NCBI GenBank assembly: GCA_965153455.1 | Contig: OZ234493.1 | Location: forward strand, 22,558,213-22,622,212 | Reading direction: 5' to 3' | DNA: 64,000 bases | Source: Sphagnum compactum | Lineage: Eukaryota | Shown: piece by piece, positions 44,434 to 58,500 of the stretch | How positions within the stretch are numbered: position 1 is the stretch's first letter | Layout of the letters: each line of letters opens with the position of its first letter | Program-made: the position numbers and the translations under genes | The notes under the pieces: generated by a model | Databases searched by the model: none | Told to the model about the DNA's origin: nothing | The model's input: the letters and a program-made list of their open reading frames with translations, nothing else

Positions 44434-44551
44434 TGGTTATTTCGGGGGGTGTCTTTAATCTACTCACGGAGGAGGACAATGACAATCGGACATGGTTATT
44501 TCAGGGGGTGTCTTTAATCTACTCACGTAGGAGGACAATGACAATCGGACA
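44434..44551. repeat. 60-bp tandem duplication
   Basis: TGGTTATTTC.GGGGGTGTCTTTAATCTACTCACG.AGGAGGACAATGACAATCGGACA occurs twice. Confidence 0.9.
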
Positions 44552-47500
44552 GGTGGTTCGTCTGCTGCCGGTTCCACTTTTTTGTTTCATTTTGCAGGAT
44601 TCGGCGTGACTCGACTGTGGGAAGTTGCTAAAATGGGTGGTGGTGCTGTCTCTTGATTGGCCGTCGTCTTTTTTCTTCTTTTTTTAATTTAAAAAAACTT
44701 TAGCTACTGTGGGACAGGGTGGTGGGGGTCATCATCTGCTGGTTCCACTTTTGGTTTTCCCAGAGACACCCACTTTGTGATGGGATCAATTGGCGGAAAA
44801 CACTGGTTACATTCTACCATTCCGAGGGCGGGCGGGCGGGGGGCCCATTCCCAGGTAAAAATTGGGCCCCCCTTCCTTCCACAAGAGGTAGGTGTTTTGT
44901 TGGGTAAAAGTTAGGTATTCCGAACTTTCTTTCACAAAAGAGTCACTTCTTCAACTGCTACTTATTTTGGTCCCCTTTTTTTGTCTTTAGTTAGTTATCT
45001 GGGGTTGGTTTTGTTGTTGTTATTATTAATGGGATCTCTTTGGAGGAAAGAGATAAATAGGTTTGTTTTTATTGGCCTTGCCTACTACCCAACAATTCTA
45101 GAGTATAGTAGCTTAAGGGATTTTAATAGGCCCGTACTAGGTAATAAATAATAGGTCTCTTTTATTTTATTTTATTTATACGAGGATTTTTGAAAGATGA
45201 TATTTTTGGCTTGTGTTGAAACTTGAGATTAGTTATTATAGAGTTTTAATATATCTTGAAGGATTTTGGTTTCTTTTAGAGGATTTTTTTTTTTTTGGGA
45301 AGATTAATAATATTTTTTTTGCATGGTGAAATACTTGAGTTTCCATAATTCTTCTTCTTTTGCCTTCTTAAGATACTTTTTCATGTAAATGGCAAGGCCA
45401 CGGTGTGTGTGAGTGACACACCCCTTGCTTTTTCTTTTTTTTTCTTGCTTAAGAATTTCATTTCCTTAAACTTATGTGCTTAAATCTACAGTACAAACAA
45501 GAGTTATTGAGTATTGAATTGTTTTTTCAAGGGAAATTTAAAACAAAATCAAATCTAAAATTTTCTTGGAAATTGGGGAATGCTTTTGGGGAATACTATT
45601 TGGAAAGCCAAGCCCTTGATGAGTAAATGCTAGACTATTTAATACCAATTGAGCAATGCTAGATTTTTCTCTATGAGGTAATGTTAACCAGTCCTTCTTT
45701 TTGTTCACGCACATCTACATGCACATATATTGAAATTTGGGACTCGAATAGCATTCTTTTGTTTGATGCATTGTGAGTTCAATCAATCAAGAAATTACAT
45801 AAGCAAGCACGTAATTTGAGTCTACATACATACAGTTGGTTGTTGTGAGGGTTGGGTTGAGCTTACTCAATAAACTAAGACTTGTGATACTAAAGTTTGA
45901 TACTACATTCTCAACTATTCAAAGATTTGCACCCCTTTCCTTCCATCCCTCCCTCCCTCCCTCCCTCCCCACTTAGGCTTGCAACTCCTCTATTTAACAA
46001 GTTACTTGTCATCAACAATTTCTTTCATGTTGCATTCAATAATTTAAGTTTTGAATTTCCCATTCATTTCTTTTTTGCAATAGATAATTAAAATGGTAAA
46101 AAAAAAAAATTAATTTAAACAACTTTGGGTGAGTTGTTTGGTAAGTGAATTAAAAAATTCATGGAACCAAAGGTGTTTTCTTAAGGTATAGTATATGGAA
46201 CCATGTAATGTGAAAAGAGCAAGACACACCCTCACATGAAAGATTTAACATTCCTCTTCAAAAAGGTTTAACCTTATTTGCTATGTGCCTTACCCCCTCT
46301 TTAAAATCTCAAAAGAAGCTTCCTAACTCCTAAACCTCTTCACCCGAAACAACCGACATGTGATTATTCAAAAGTATTTTGTTGCTTGGGAAGGGGGGGG
46401 TGGTTTCCAGGTTTCCTCTAGCAAATTTTCATATGAGACAAGGTTCAAGCTAAGTTCCCGTATATATTTTGGGCATGTTTGATTTTTCCTCACCATGCCA
46501 TGCCACCACGTTCGAGGAAAGTTGTTACAAGAGTAGAATATCACTCTACTAATTAATTAACTTGACCCAATTAATTTGGGATATGTTATGAGCTTCGTGA
46601 CTTTTAATTCTTTAAATTCATACAATTTGTGTACATACATACGTACGTTATGGAATGCATGGTACCACAAATTCATTCACAACTTCAGACAATAACAAAA
46701 ACAAAAGCTGCCAATCGGGTTCTAACTTAGTTCCAGAAGCCTTTTAGAAAGGCTTTGAAAGCTCATGGGAAGACGCCAATGTAAAGCATTTGCCACATGG
46801 TGGCATTTGCACATGCACATGTAAAGATCATGCTTACGACAAAAAAAACCCCCCCCCCCCCCCCCCCCCCCCAAAAAGAAAAGGAGGAAAAAAAACAATG
46901 GAAGGTTCTTTGCCCAAAGGCTCCTCTTGAAAGTAATATGTATTTGTTAGGAAAGGCCAAGCGAAAGTCTTATATTGTCTGGAGGAGTCTCTCAACCTTG
47001 TGTATTGTAACCGTTGCTTTTTAGGATTTTGGCTCCTTTTTTTCGCCTACCATAATAACGGGCATACCTTTCATCATTATCATGGCCGAAAGGTGCACAT
47101 GGCGGCTATTGTTTGAGGAAACAACCGTCGCACAAAGAAATCAAACAACCGTAAACGAGAATAAAAGACTACGTAAACTACCGACATTTTGGTGTGGGAA
47201 TAATATGTTGTCTCGTTGTTTCCATCGTGATGATGATGGTGGCTACAATTTGATTGTTTTGGTCCATTTTTTGTTTTGTGTAGTATTGTTGCATGGAAGT
47301 TACACCTATTGTGATCTTCAAACTCGTCATTCATCCATTTTCTATCAATGTAAAGCAAACATTAAGATATGATGTTATTCATCCATTTATTTATGAATCC
47401 TAAAAAAACGATTCGAAAACCATCCTGAGGGGACACTAGTAAAAAAATATAGAAAATACATGAGTAAAAACATAACGTGCAATGTATTGATCATTGGATA

Positions 47501-50089
47501 AAATTTATAACTTAATCAGTTAAAAATAAAGTACATTTTATTTAAATAATCAATTTTAATTATAATATATAATAATCTGAAATAATAAATTATACTTAAT
47601 ATAGGATGGCTTTAATATAGGGTATATATATAAATTAGATAATACTAAGGTGATAAAAAAATAAGTTGAACAATTATCTAATACCCCTAAAAATGTTCAT
47701 TTGATGCACATAATAAATCTTAAACTTTACACTAAGTGTCCCCCAAGAAAAACCATATCATTCATCCATTTTCTATGAATGTGAAAAAAAACATTAGGAA
47801 ACCATGTCCAATGAATCCAATTTTGTCCCAATTATAACCAACTCGATCAATAAGTGGCACCGCCCAACTTTTATTTGAAATATTTTTTTAACTTGCAACT
47901 TTGGATTTACAAAAGGGGATTGAGTCAAAGAAGCACTTTCTTCAGTATTTTTGTTTGTCAAAACAAAGCTTTTAGTAAGCACCATGACAATTTGATTGGA
48001 AAAGTGTAAACGGTTAGAACACTTTGATGAAACATCAGATGCACTATACATACACCTAATAAGTCTTAAAAGCTCCAAAACAAAGTTGCACTTTAATTTG
48101 GTACCTTTGTTCTTTGTCTTTGCTAATATGACCTTTTTGTATGGTATATCATACACTAAAGATCTCCCCCATATGTATAAAAGTATAGGAGATGATGGTT
48201 CATGGGAAGTTAGGTGACATGGAAAGTGGCTCTTACTTAGTTGATGCACCAACCCCCATCACTTAGTATGGATATGTGGTGGGTGGGCCTCTACTACTAC
48301 TAGTAAAAGAAAAAGAATGCACTCCAAATTGCTCCACTCTAGGTCTCTTGTAAGTAGGGAAGTAAATTGTCTACTAAATAAATAACTAGACCTTGCTACA
48401 CGTGACCTAATATGTAGATAACCTTGTAAGGGTCGGTGCGTTCATTTTAACCTGGCTTTGAGGGCCTTGGGTTGATACCCGCACCCACAATTGGTACCAT
48501 GGTTTTTTTTTTCTTTTTAATCCTGAAATTCATTTCAAATTATTTTATAACTTTTGTGAATATATATATATATATATATATATATCCCCATGCTTATTAG
48601 ACTACCTAAATCGGCGTCTTCGAGTTTCGAATATAATATTTTCTTTTAAACCCTGCCCGCCCTCATCAAGTAACCATGGTGGGTATTTGGAGATGGTTTA
48701 ACCATAATGAGGGGCAGTGAAACAAAACCCTATTTAGGGCAGTGCAACAAAAGCTTGTTGAGGGCAGGACACGTGTCACCTTTTCCTCCTAAATGTGTAA
48801 GACAAAGTGCACCTTACTTAGCAAGGTGGGCAAGAACTAACTAGTCAGCCCAGTTTTTTACTTTGTCCAGGAGTTCAAAATATACCCAGGGTTAAATATG
48901 TACCCACTAAGAACCCAACCAAGGTGAACCCCTTCTTCTTCTTGTGTGAAGAGGCATGTGTAGAGGGCTATAGTTAACCCGGGGAATGTTAAATTTTAAC
49001 TCGGTGACAAACCCTGATTTAGTAGTCTAAGGATGGTAGTATATTTATCACGTTTCAAAGTAACCCAAAGAACATGAACATACCCGGCGGAGCGCTGATT
49101 CACCAACCCTGGCCCCACATCCGTCCGAGGTAATAGCACAGTGTTGTCCGGTTATTTGCTTTTTCTAAATAACCATTGGATTGGGTAGGGTTTTTTTTTT
49201 TGAACCTACACACAACAATATCCTTGCCTACGCAGGTTATCAAAATTGGTTCTCGGGTAGGTTATCAATAAAAACCCTAGCCATTGAAGCCTACGGTCAA
49301 CGGAATGGAATAGGGTAACTAATGTACTGGGTGAGGGGGGTTGGTTTTTAGGCTTTTTAGGGTTTTTGTTTTTTTTGGGGGAGGGGGTTTTTAGGCTTTT
49401 TAGGGTCTTTAGGGTCTTTAGGCTTTTTAGGGTTTTTTTTTTTTTGTTTAGTTTTTGGGGGGGGGGCACCTTTCATGCACACATTGGTGCAAGCAAATAT
49501 CTTGCATTGAACTGACCTTTTGGAGGGGGGCTTTTCCGAGCTTTTCGGGGCTTAGATTTTTTGTGGGGGTGTTATTTTTTGTTGTTGCTATCCTGGATGT
49601 TATTTTTTTTACTCCTAGAAATGACTTAAACATGCTCTTAATGTACCCCACTTCTATAGCTCCACTTGTCATCTTGTGGGAAATTTAAAAGGCCCCTTAC
49701 CTCCAATTTGAGGGTCCCCACATTCACACCTTGTAAAAAATACTAAACCTAGAACCCACCCACCCCACCCCCCCCCCCCCAAACCCCCCCACAACAACAT
49801 TAGATATTCCTCTAGCCAATAAGATGCCTCCAGCTGTGTGTTTGTTCACACTTCATGCTCATTGCCAACACTTAAGAAGCAGAGTGTTTTTTTTTGGGGG
49901 GGTTCTCAGAATGCCACCTTTGTCAAAATATGCAAAAATAGGATGACTCGGTTTGGGGTTTATTCACACTTGGTTTTTGGGTACTCATAACCCTCCTTCC
50001 CAACTCGGCTACAGACCAATCGACACCTCCAGCGTGTACAGTTTTGCTTTCACACTTGACTTCGCTAGGTTACCCATACTCTTACTACT

Positions 50090-50885
50090 CCATGCACTTT
50101 GGGTAGGGCCCCTTCCACTTAGGAACACTTTTTAAGCCCAGTATACCTCCATGGATAGGGCCCCCGTCCACTTTGGGTAGGGCCCCTTCCACACTTAGGA
50201 ACACTTTAAGCCCAGTAATACATCTATGGATAGGGCCCCATCCACTTGGGAACACATTGACTCCCCCCATATACATACATATATTAGGGGTAGGGAGGAC
50301 CCTATCCACTTGGGAACACATTGACTCCCATATACATATATATATTATGGATAGGGAGAACCCCATCCACTTGGGAACATGTTGACCCCATATACATACA
50401 TATTAGGGGTCGAGTGGACCTTGTCCCCTTGGGAACACATTGACCCCCATATACATACATATTACGGGTAGGGAGGACCCCGTCCACATGGGAACATGTT
50501 GACCCCTGTATACATACATATTATGGGTAGGGAGGACCCCATCCACTTGGGAACACGTTGACCCCCCATGTACATAGATGTTACGGGTAGGGAGGAACCT
50601 GTCCACTTGGGAACATGTTGACCCCCATGTACATACATATTACGAATAGAGAGGAACTTTGTCCACTTGGGAACACAATGACCCCTATATACATACATAT
50701 TAGGGATAGGGAGAACCTCATCCACTTGGGAACACGTTGACCCCCATGTACATACATATTACGAATACGAAGGACGCCATCCACTTGGGAACACATTGAC
50801 CCTCGTGTACATACATATTACGAATAGCGAGGAGCCCATCCAGTTGGGAACACGTTGACCCCCCATGTACATACATACTAGGGAT
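50090..50885. repeat. Minisatellite with ~59-64-bp unit, about 11 full copies plus degenerate leading copies
   Basis: Unit consensus is approximately CCATCCACTTGGGAACACATTGACCCCCATATACATACATATTACGGGTAGGGAGGAC. Confidence 0.92.
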
Positions 50886-51315
50886 ATGACCCTTATGCCT
50901 AGGGGAACATGTCGAGCCTTATGGGGAACATGTTAGTTCCATCAGGTGGTAACGGGTTCTACCAAAATTCCAAATTGTAACCCATGTTCCACACCAATGA
51001 TTCGTATATAACCGTAGTGTTCCCATCACAAGTGGAACCAAGTCTAACTCTTGGAACCGGTTCCAGAACCTGAGGTTAATGGGTAGTTAACTACCAATTC
51101 CAATCCGGGTTACCCCAAACTAGATTGAAATTAGGTTTGATTTTTAGAACCAAAATTGAGAAAAAAAAATTTTTTTGAAGAACTGGACCCAAGACGGGAT
51201 TCGGGCAGTTCCATTCATTTGTGAAAATTAACAAAGACCTCAAGATCATTGCCTATATGCATGTGGAGTCAATAGGCTTTGGCTACCGTTTTTCGTTATG
51301 GGGCAGGTTAGTACC

Positions 51316-51684
51316 AGTGTTGGGCAGCTCTTTGAATTTTTAAAGAACCGCCGGTTCCAGTTCTCTTTAATATTTCACAATTAAAGAACCGCCGGTTCCA
51401 GTTATTTGAAAAAATAAATTAATTCAGAATCAAAGAATCACTGGTTCCGGTTGTTTCGAAACCCTCAAAGAACCGACGGTTCCCATGAAATACCCAACAA
51501 AGCACCACTGCATCAATTCTTTGGTGAGTTCATTGACCTTTTCAAACATTTGAGAACCGTCATGATTCTACTCCAAAATCAATTAATTTGAAAATTTTGT
51601 GAAGGGGTGGCGAGTGAGTGGATATATATCCGGGTTGATAACCGATGAATATTTGTCCCTCATTCTATGAACTACCTGACACTA
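51316..51684. mobile_element. hAT-like MITE (CAGTGTT-type terminus, internal GAACCG..GGTTC repeats)
   Basis: Imperfect TIR: CAGTGTTGGGCAGCT versus AACTACCTGACACTA. AAAGAACCGCCGGTTCCAG is repeated. The TSD is not clean. Confidence 0.45.
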
Positions 51685-51699
51685 TGTACGATGACACAT

Positions 51700-52560
51700 T
51701 ATTCTTGAATCCTTACATGATGAAGAGGGAATTGTTTTTTAAGAGTTATGAATAGTTAGTTGTACGTGATGAGTACTTTGTTCAAAAGATGTTAGTAGGT
51801 TGCTACTTGATTATCCTCCATTTAACAACAACAAAGGACCTCCAACTTTGAAGATGTTCGTGCATATGTTGTGATAGTGCATGCAATTGATGAATATTGT
51901 AGGTTAGGTGAAAACATTGTAATGAAAATTATGAAACGATTTTGCAATGTCATCAATGGTTGCCTTCAACCAAGTAATTGTGGAAATCCATTAGAGCTAA
52001 CATCTGCAACAATTTGAAGATCGACAAAGACAAGTTTTCCTTGGCATGTTTGCAAGCTCTGATTGTATGCATTAGAAATGAATTCATGGATTGTCCTACA
52101 GCATGGGAAGGTCGACTTCACAATGAGGACTCAAACATGAACATCATATCGAAGGATTTTTTTGGTTTGATGGGAAGTAACAATGACATCAATTTGCTTA
52201 ACAAGTTTCCATGGTTGCAATCTTGTTGAAAGGTGAAACTAATAGCATGAGTTCAAAGGTCAATGGCAACTCATATCCAAGATATTATTTACTTGCAAAT
52301 CGAATCTTCTCTTGTTGGTCTTGTTTTGTTCAGACCATACACAAAATTGAAGATGAAAAGAGGCACATTTTACAAAAATGTAAAAGGTTTGAAAACATGT
52401 CATGTGAAAAAGTGTTTTTGTATAGTGCAAATTTGATTTAATATGATCCATAATCAAATATGAGACTTTGATCTAGTTTTGACAATATGTATACACCTAT
52501 GTGATATTACACAACATGAAATTTGGAGATGAATTTGATTACAACTTAAAATGTGTATTT
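51700..52560 (+). pseudogene. Decayed PIF/Harbinger-type transposase
   Basis: Across frames: AIDEYCRLGE..MKRFC, FLGMFASSDCMH, CPTAWEG, FGLMGSNNDINLL, YYLLANRIF..WSCFVQTI. These are Harbinger DDE motifs, with many stops and frameshifts. Confidence 0.75.
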
Positions 52561-55500
52561 GAGCATGAACTTGGTGTTTTAAGTTAAACTTTAAATTAAA
52601 TCTAAGCTAAACCTAAAGGCTAAATTTTTTAATTAAACTTCAAATAAACCTAGAGGCAAAACTTACATTAAACCTAGGTTAAACCTAAGTAGACAGAGTA
52701 AAACCTACCAAACATAGGATAAACCTTAAAATTAAACATAGTTTAAATTTAAAGGTTAAACCTAAACTAAATATAAATTAAACTTAAGTGAAACATAAAG
52801 GCGAAACCTAAGTTAAATTATAAATTAAACCTAAAACTTAGGCTAAATTTATGTTTACCTTATGTTAACTAAGGCTTAACGTAGGCTAATTTAAACAAAC
52901 CTTGGAAAAACCTAATGTGAATGTACTTTAACATTGGTTCCAATAAGAAAAAGGCTCAATGGCATGATGTTGGATTAAGTTTATTTTTATGGTTCATATA
53001 TAAAATCACAATATTTAAAAGCATTCGAAATTGGATGATGATCATAAATTATTTTTTTAAATCATTAATTGCCTTTTTTGGTGTTATCTTTGGAAATATT
53101 TAAATCATATATAAAATCATTTATTTCCTAATGATAATTATAAACATATTGCTCCTAATTACATGCACCTAATTGACAAATTTTTCTCATATTAATTTTT
53201 TTTAACTTCTTGATGTGTCCAATATATTTTGGCACTAAAATATAGTTTTCAAGTCAAACCATGTGCCTTAATCATGTAGTTTTGAACCTCATGTCATGAC
53301 TTGGTCATATAATTTTGTTATATGATTAAGGACATGACTACATGATTAAAATTTAATCATAGTTATAAAAACGTGTAAATCATAGATGTCACCTTTTGGC
53401 ATATTGTATGGCCAAGAAATGGGTTGGGGGTCAAATTACCAAATTAATTTCTAACCACTACTTTAATAATTTCAAGAACTAGAACATCTCCAATTTTTTC
53501 AACCATTGGTCAAAAAGACAATTACTAAAAAAATGTGTGTCAATTTGACCAACAATGAACTTGGATATGTTGAAATCTATTTGTTTAATATGATTGATTA
53601 ATACAGTTGATAAATGTCACAATTTGGTCTTTTTGACAAATTTTCTGATAAAAATCATGGGTTGTAATAATGTGATCATGCCTATCAATTTGTTCTAATC
53701 CCATCCCAAAACTTCGACACCCTTCTTGTTTAATTTATGGAGCTAAGGAATGTGCTTTGGGTTCCTCCTTAAAGTGAAAACACACTATGATGAGTAAAAA
53801 ATGTTTTCACAATGATTTCTTTTTAAACTTGTATGCTTAAACATCCACCATCCAATTAAAAAGGCTTATTAAAAATTGCATTCATAAGAAGGTAGTTCAA
53901 ATCCCAACAAAAAAAATTTCAAAAGAAACTACATTTATTATTGAGATCAAATGATTAAAAAATGTATTTGTGAAAACATAATATTAATAAAAATACACAA
54001 CAAAGTGTAAATATCTTAAAAATCATTTAAATGATTATGATTGCCAACCTTGATGAAATATTCAATCATACATTGAATATCAATTGATTGTATGATATTA
54101 TTTCCATATGAAAAGTTCCACTTATATGATTTCACAAAACATTTGGATGAAATTTTTCATTCAAATGAACATAAGTTTGAAAAAAATAACATTTTTGAAA
54201 AAAACTATTCTTTTCAAAAGGTAATGACAATTGCATTAAAGGTTTTTTTGTCAAAATCCATTTCATGTGTTTTTCAAAACACTAGATGAAATAAAACACA
54301 ATCTACCACCAAAATAACACAGAATGTACTTTTTTAATGAATATATTCTTTTGCCCAATTGACCCCCCATAGTGTGTTAAATCACCCTTTGACACAAACC
54401 TATGTTTGTTAAATGGTATGAGGGGTAAAGAACCCTATTGATTTCCAAGTTATAACAAAATGCAAACCCAAGGCATGCCCCTAACTTGCCAAAAAAAAAA
54501 AGAGTGTGGGAGCTTTGGGATGAAATTAAAACAAATTCACAAGCAAAAGTTTATGGTGAGTTCAACCTACACAAACCAAAAATAATAATGGTTAGTGAAA
54601 GTTGGTATGGTGCACAATATATATATTTTCAACTACTATGATTTTGGGGAATTACCCCCAATACCTTGGGGTGAACCTAAAGGCATGTCAATCCAAAATT
54701 TATAGATGAAACATAAAAGAATGTTTGAATTCAATTTTCACTAATTAGAATAACTTGATTGAAAATCTTTGGGCATTGAAGGGCATCAATTTTTATTAAA
54801 AATAGAACCAACCTTGAAAACAAAATATTATAATAATATTATTCTAACCTATCACATATGATAATTGATATTGCATTGTATAGTTATAGTTGTTTAGAAC
54901 GTTTTTAATAATGTGGCATGTGAATGTATGGAACATGTGTTAATTAAGGGCAACATCTAAGCATGTGGAAGGTGTATTTGATGAATGTCATGTCATGTAT
55001 GGATTATCTAATTGTTGACAAAGGTTGTTTAGGCAATTCAATGGTCTCAATGGTCCTTTAAGGTGTTTATATGATGGTAAACGTCATTTTAAATGTCTAA
55101 ATGGTGACAATAAGGGTTTACATTGCATATTGAATGTTCCACTACATTTGAGGTGTCAACTTTATAACATCCTTGATTTGTTCTATACGAGGTTGGACTA
55201 ATTTATTTTGCCAATCTTTGATGAAGTTTGCCAAGGTCTTTTTACTTTTGCAAATTAAAATATTCCCTTGTGTCATTGAAGTCATTATCTTCAATTACAT
55301 TGTAAAAAACATTAATGTCAAATGTTCTTGAAAATTCACCACTATTTCCATCATGATCATCCCATTTTTTTCAATGCCACGTACTGAAATTCACATAATT
55401 GAATATTTTAATCTAAAGATTTGTTACTCAACTTTGACTAGGAGATTCCTTTATGAAAATAAATGTTATTTGCTAGAACTAACACTCAACAAGGTAATTA

Positions 55501-58500
55501 CCAAATTACCTCCTATTATGATATTACAAGCATATGTCTTGAAAGTTGGTGCACGATTTATTCTTTTGTTTCCTTGGAGGCATTTTCTATCATTCCTCCC
55601 AAGATTCGACAATTTGGGCACATCCTTTTATCAAAGCTAATAATGAATAAACAATAAATATACATTTTTACTAAGGGAAGGTGTATTTTTTGTATATATT
55701 TTATGGAACACATGAGATAAATAAGTGTTTTTTAATATGTAACAAAGTAATAGAATATTAAAAAAAAGTTATACTAAATTTGAAACTATTATAAATATAT
55801 TCTCATAATTGAATTCTAAACACCAGATAACATTTAAGTAAATTATAAGTTTTTTTTTCTATAACTTGCACCTTATAACTTTTTGCATTTATTTGGAAAA
55901 AACAAAAGTATCCTCCTTTAGATTTTTGAGGTGATTTCATTTTGTATAAACGTAATGCATGCTATAAAGCATCATTTAGTGATGCTTCAACCTCATTTCA
56001 AATGCCTTAAACCATACCAGCTACAAATTTTTTTATCTATGTTGGGTTTGAATGAATTCCATGTGGTTTTAAAGGATCTATGAATTGTTCATCATCTCCT
56101 CTAGGCTTGCGCCATGAGTAATGTACAAATGGACATGCTTAAAACTTCTTTTTTTTCTATTCATTACGAATTTAGTGCAAGAAAATTATGGTGAAATGAA
56201 AATGTTTTTCCTTTCCACAAAAGTTAATCCTTTTTTTGTTGTTAATTAATGGGATTTTGTTTAACTAGGCCATGGTCTTTGTTGACTACAATTTAGTGAA
56301 TTCACATAGGGACCTTCTATCACATGTGTTTTAGGTTTTAAAATAAGTCTAGCAAAGCTACTTGTTAACCATTTGAAAATGAAACACTAGCAATTTATTA
56401 ATATATTCTTTCGAATGAAATGGGCTATATCTAGTAATGAGGGGTAATTTCTTTGTCATAATCAAATCTAAATAAAAAACCTAAAGTTCCACCAACTTTA
56501 ACTATATCATGTTTTGGGTACATTTACAATCAAGGTACCACAACAAGAACCAAATGAAACCCCTTCATGTACTTAATTCATGATTATTTTATTTAAAGTG
56601 CCACCAAATTAATTGACTACTAAAAACAATACATTCAACTTGGTGGATTCACATATTATATGACAATTAACAAACATGGTAACATATTTTGGCAATTGAT
56701 AAATGGTCCACAAATAGGTTGTAACCCTAAATAAGATGAAAACAAACTTGGTTTGATCCGGTTCACCAATTCCATGTAAACACCTTTGATGTATTGTCTT
56801 TATTATCTTTATACCTTGTTAAATAAAAGCTTGTATCCTACTACCAAAACTAGTAGTGGGTGTGGCCAAGTTTATTGGGAATTTTAGTAGGTTTTCAATG
56901 AAATTGTCCCAATTTCATTACACAAGAAATTTAGTGCATTCGCTATGTCCCTTCATGATTGAAGACAAGTTGGAAATTAATTATGAACATAATGAATTCA
57001 CCCACTAAATTCACCATAATTTTACAATATATTAAATTCATAAGATATATTGTTATTAATCTTGTCAAAATATGATCTACATATGGTCAACATACAATCC
57101 ATATATATAATTATCATATGATCCATATATGGTTATTGGTAACAAGGTTTCAACCTTAGTTTCCAAGTATACATTGCATTGTTTTTGCCATCTAACCACC
57201 ACTTTGCTTTGTGATAAAAGGTGTAAAAAATCGGATATATCACAATTACACCAAATTGTTTTACAAATCAAACTTTAACATATATTACCATTTTCATATC
57301 TTATTTAAACAAAACAAATTATTATTATTTCTTGAAATGTTTTCAAAAGTTTGCACAAATGTAATAAAAAGACATATAAAATTCCAAACCATTTTAAGGA
57401 AATCATATTTGAATTTTTTAAATTTAATAACAACTCATATAACATTTCATGCAAAAATTATAATGATTTGGCAAGTTGCAACATTTTTTTATGCAAATTT
57501 TTATGGAAAACATAAATAAAATGTAAACTTTTCATTTATCTTAATTTACAATCAAATTGGTATTAATACTTTCATATTAAATTATAAACTAACTGGAACA
57601 ATATTATATTTTACATAAATATGATATGAATTGTTTTTAAAAAATTCGTATACATATTATAATATGTATACATAAATATTAAAAGTACAAGTGTATTTAT
57701 ATATATTACACACACACATAATGTAATATTTTGTAATAAATATACAAAAGATACATTATATATTATGTATTGGATTATGAATTATTGACCGTGGAACAAA
57801 AACATAATGAATATATATATAAGATATGAAAAAGACTCAAAAACCTAATATTCTATATGATGTGATCATATTGTAGGAATTTCATGAATGGATTTTGATT
57901 CGCCATAATATATTGGATTTTCCAAATGGTATAAAAATTGCATCGCAATCCACATTATATGATTACAAATTCAACATATTTATTAAAATGTTTAATTGAA
58001 TTATTGTTTTTGAGATGTAATGCAATGTGATGCCTTTGATAAATAGAAAGGCAATTTTGAAAGATTTTGATGATCATAATATCAAAATATACCATGAAAT
58101 ATATAATTTTTTCTATGAAGTCATTTTCCCATTTAAATTGATAATTTAGCTTCTCATTTTTCGAATGTAAGGTTTTGATACAATTACTTGTTATTGATCA
58201 AGTTCAAGAACCAAAAAACATTTGTTTAACCTTGCCATATGGATAGTGCAAGAAAATGTGTTTTGCCTATAATGTATTTATTATGTTATCTGTAAAAAAA
58301 ATTTGCCTTGGTATGGATTCGATAAATGTAAAAACAATACAACTTAGTGTGCTTTCACCTGCCATGAATTTAAAATGCCATGGAAAAGAAATCAATAACT
58401 TTCATTTTCCAAGTAATGTTTAAATGATGTGCTTTTCATAACATCATAAGTTTCAATTTGTAAGAACTTAGTTTTAAATTGCTTATATCAGAAATTTATT

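Noticed and set aside
50090..50885. CRISPR-like array (conserved core with ~60-bp period)
   Set aside because: The intervening sequences are homologous to each other rather than unique spacers, there are no cas genes, and the context is eukaryotic. It is a minisatellite.
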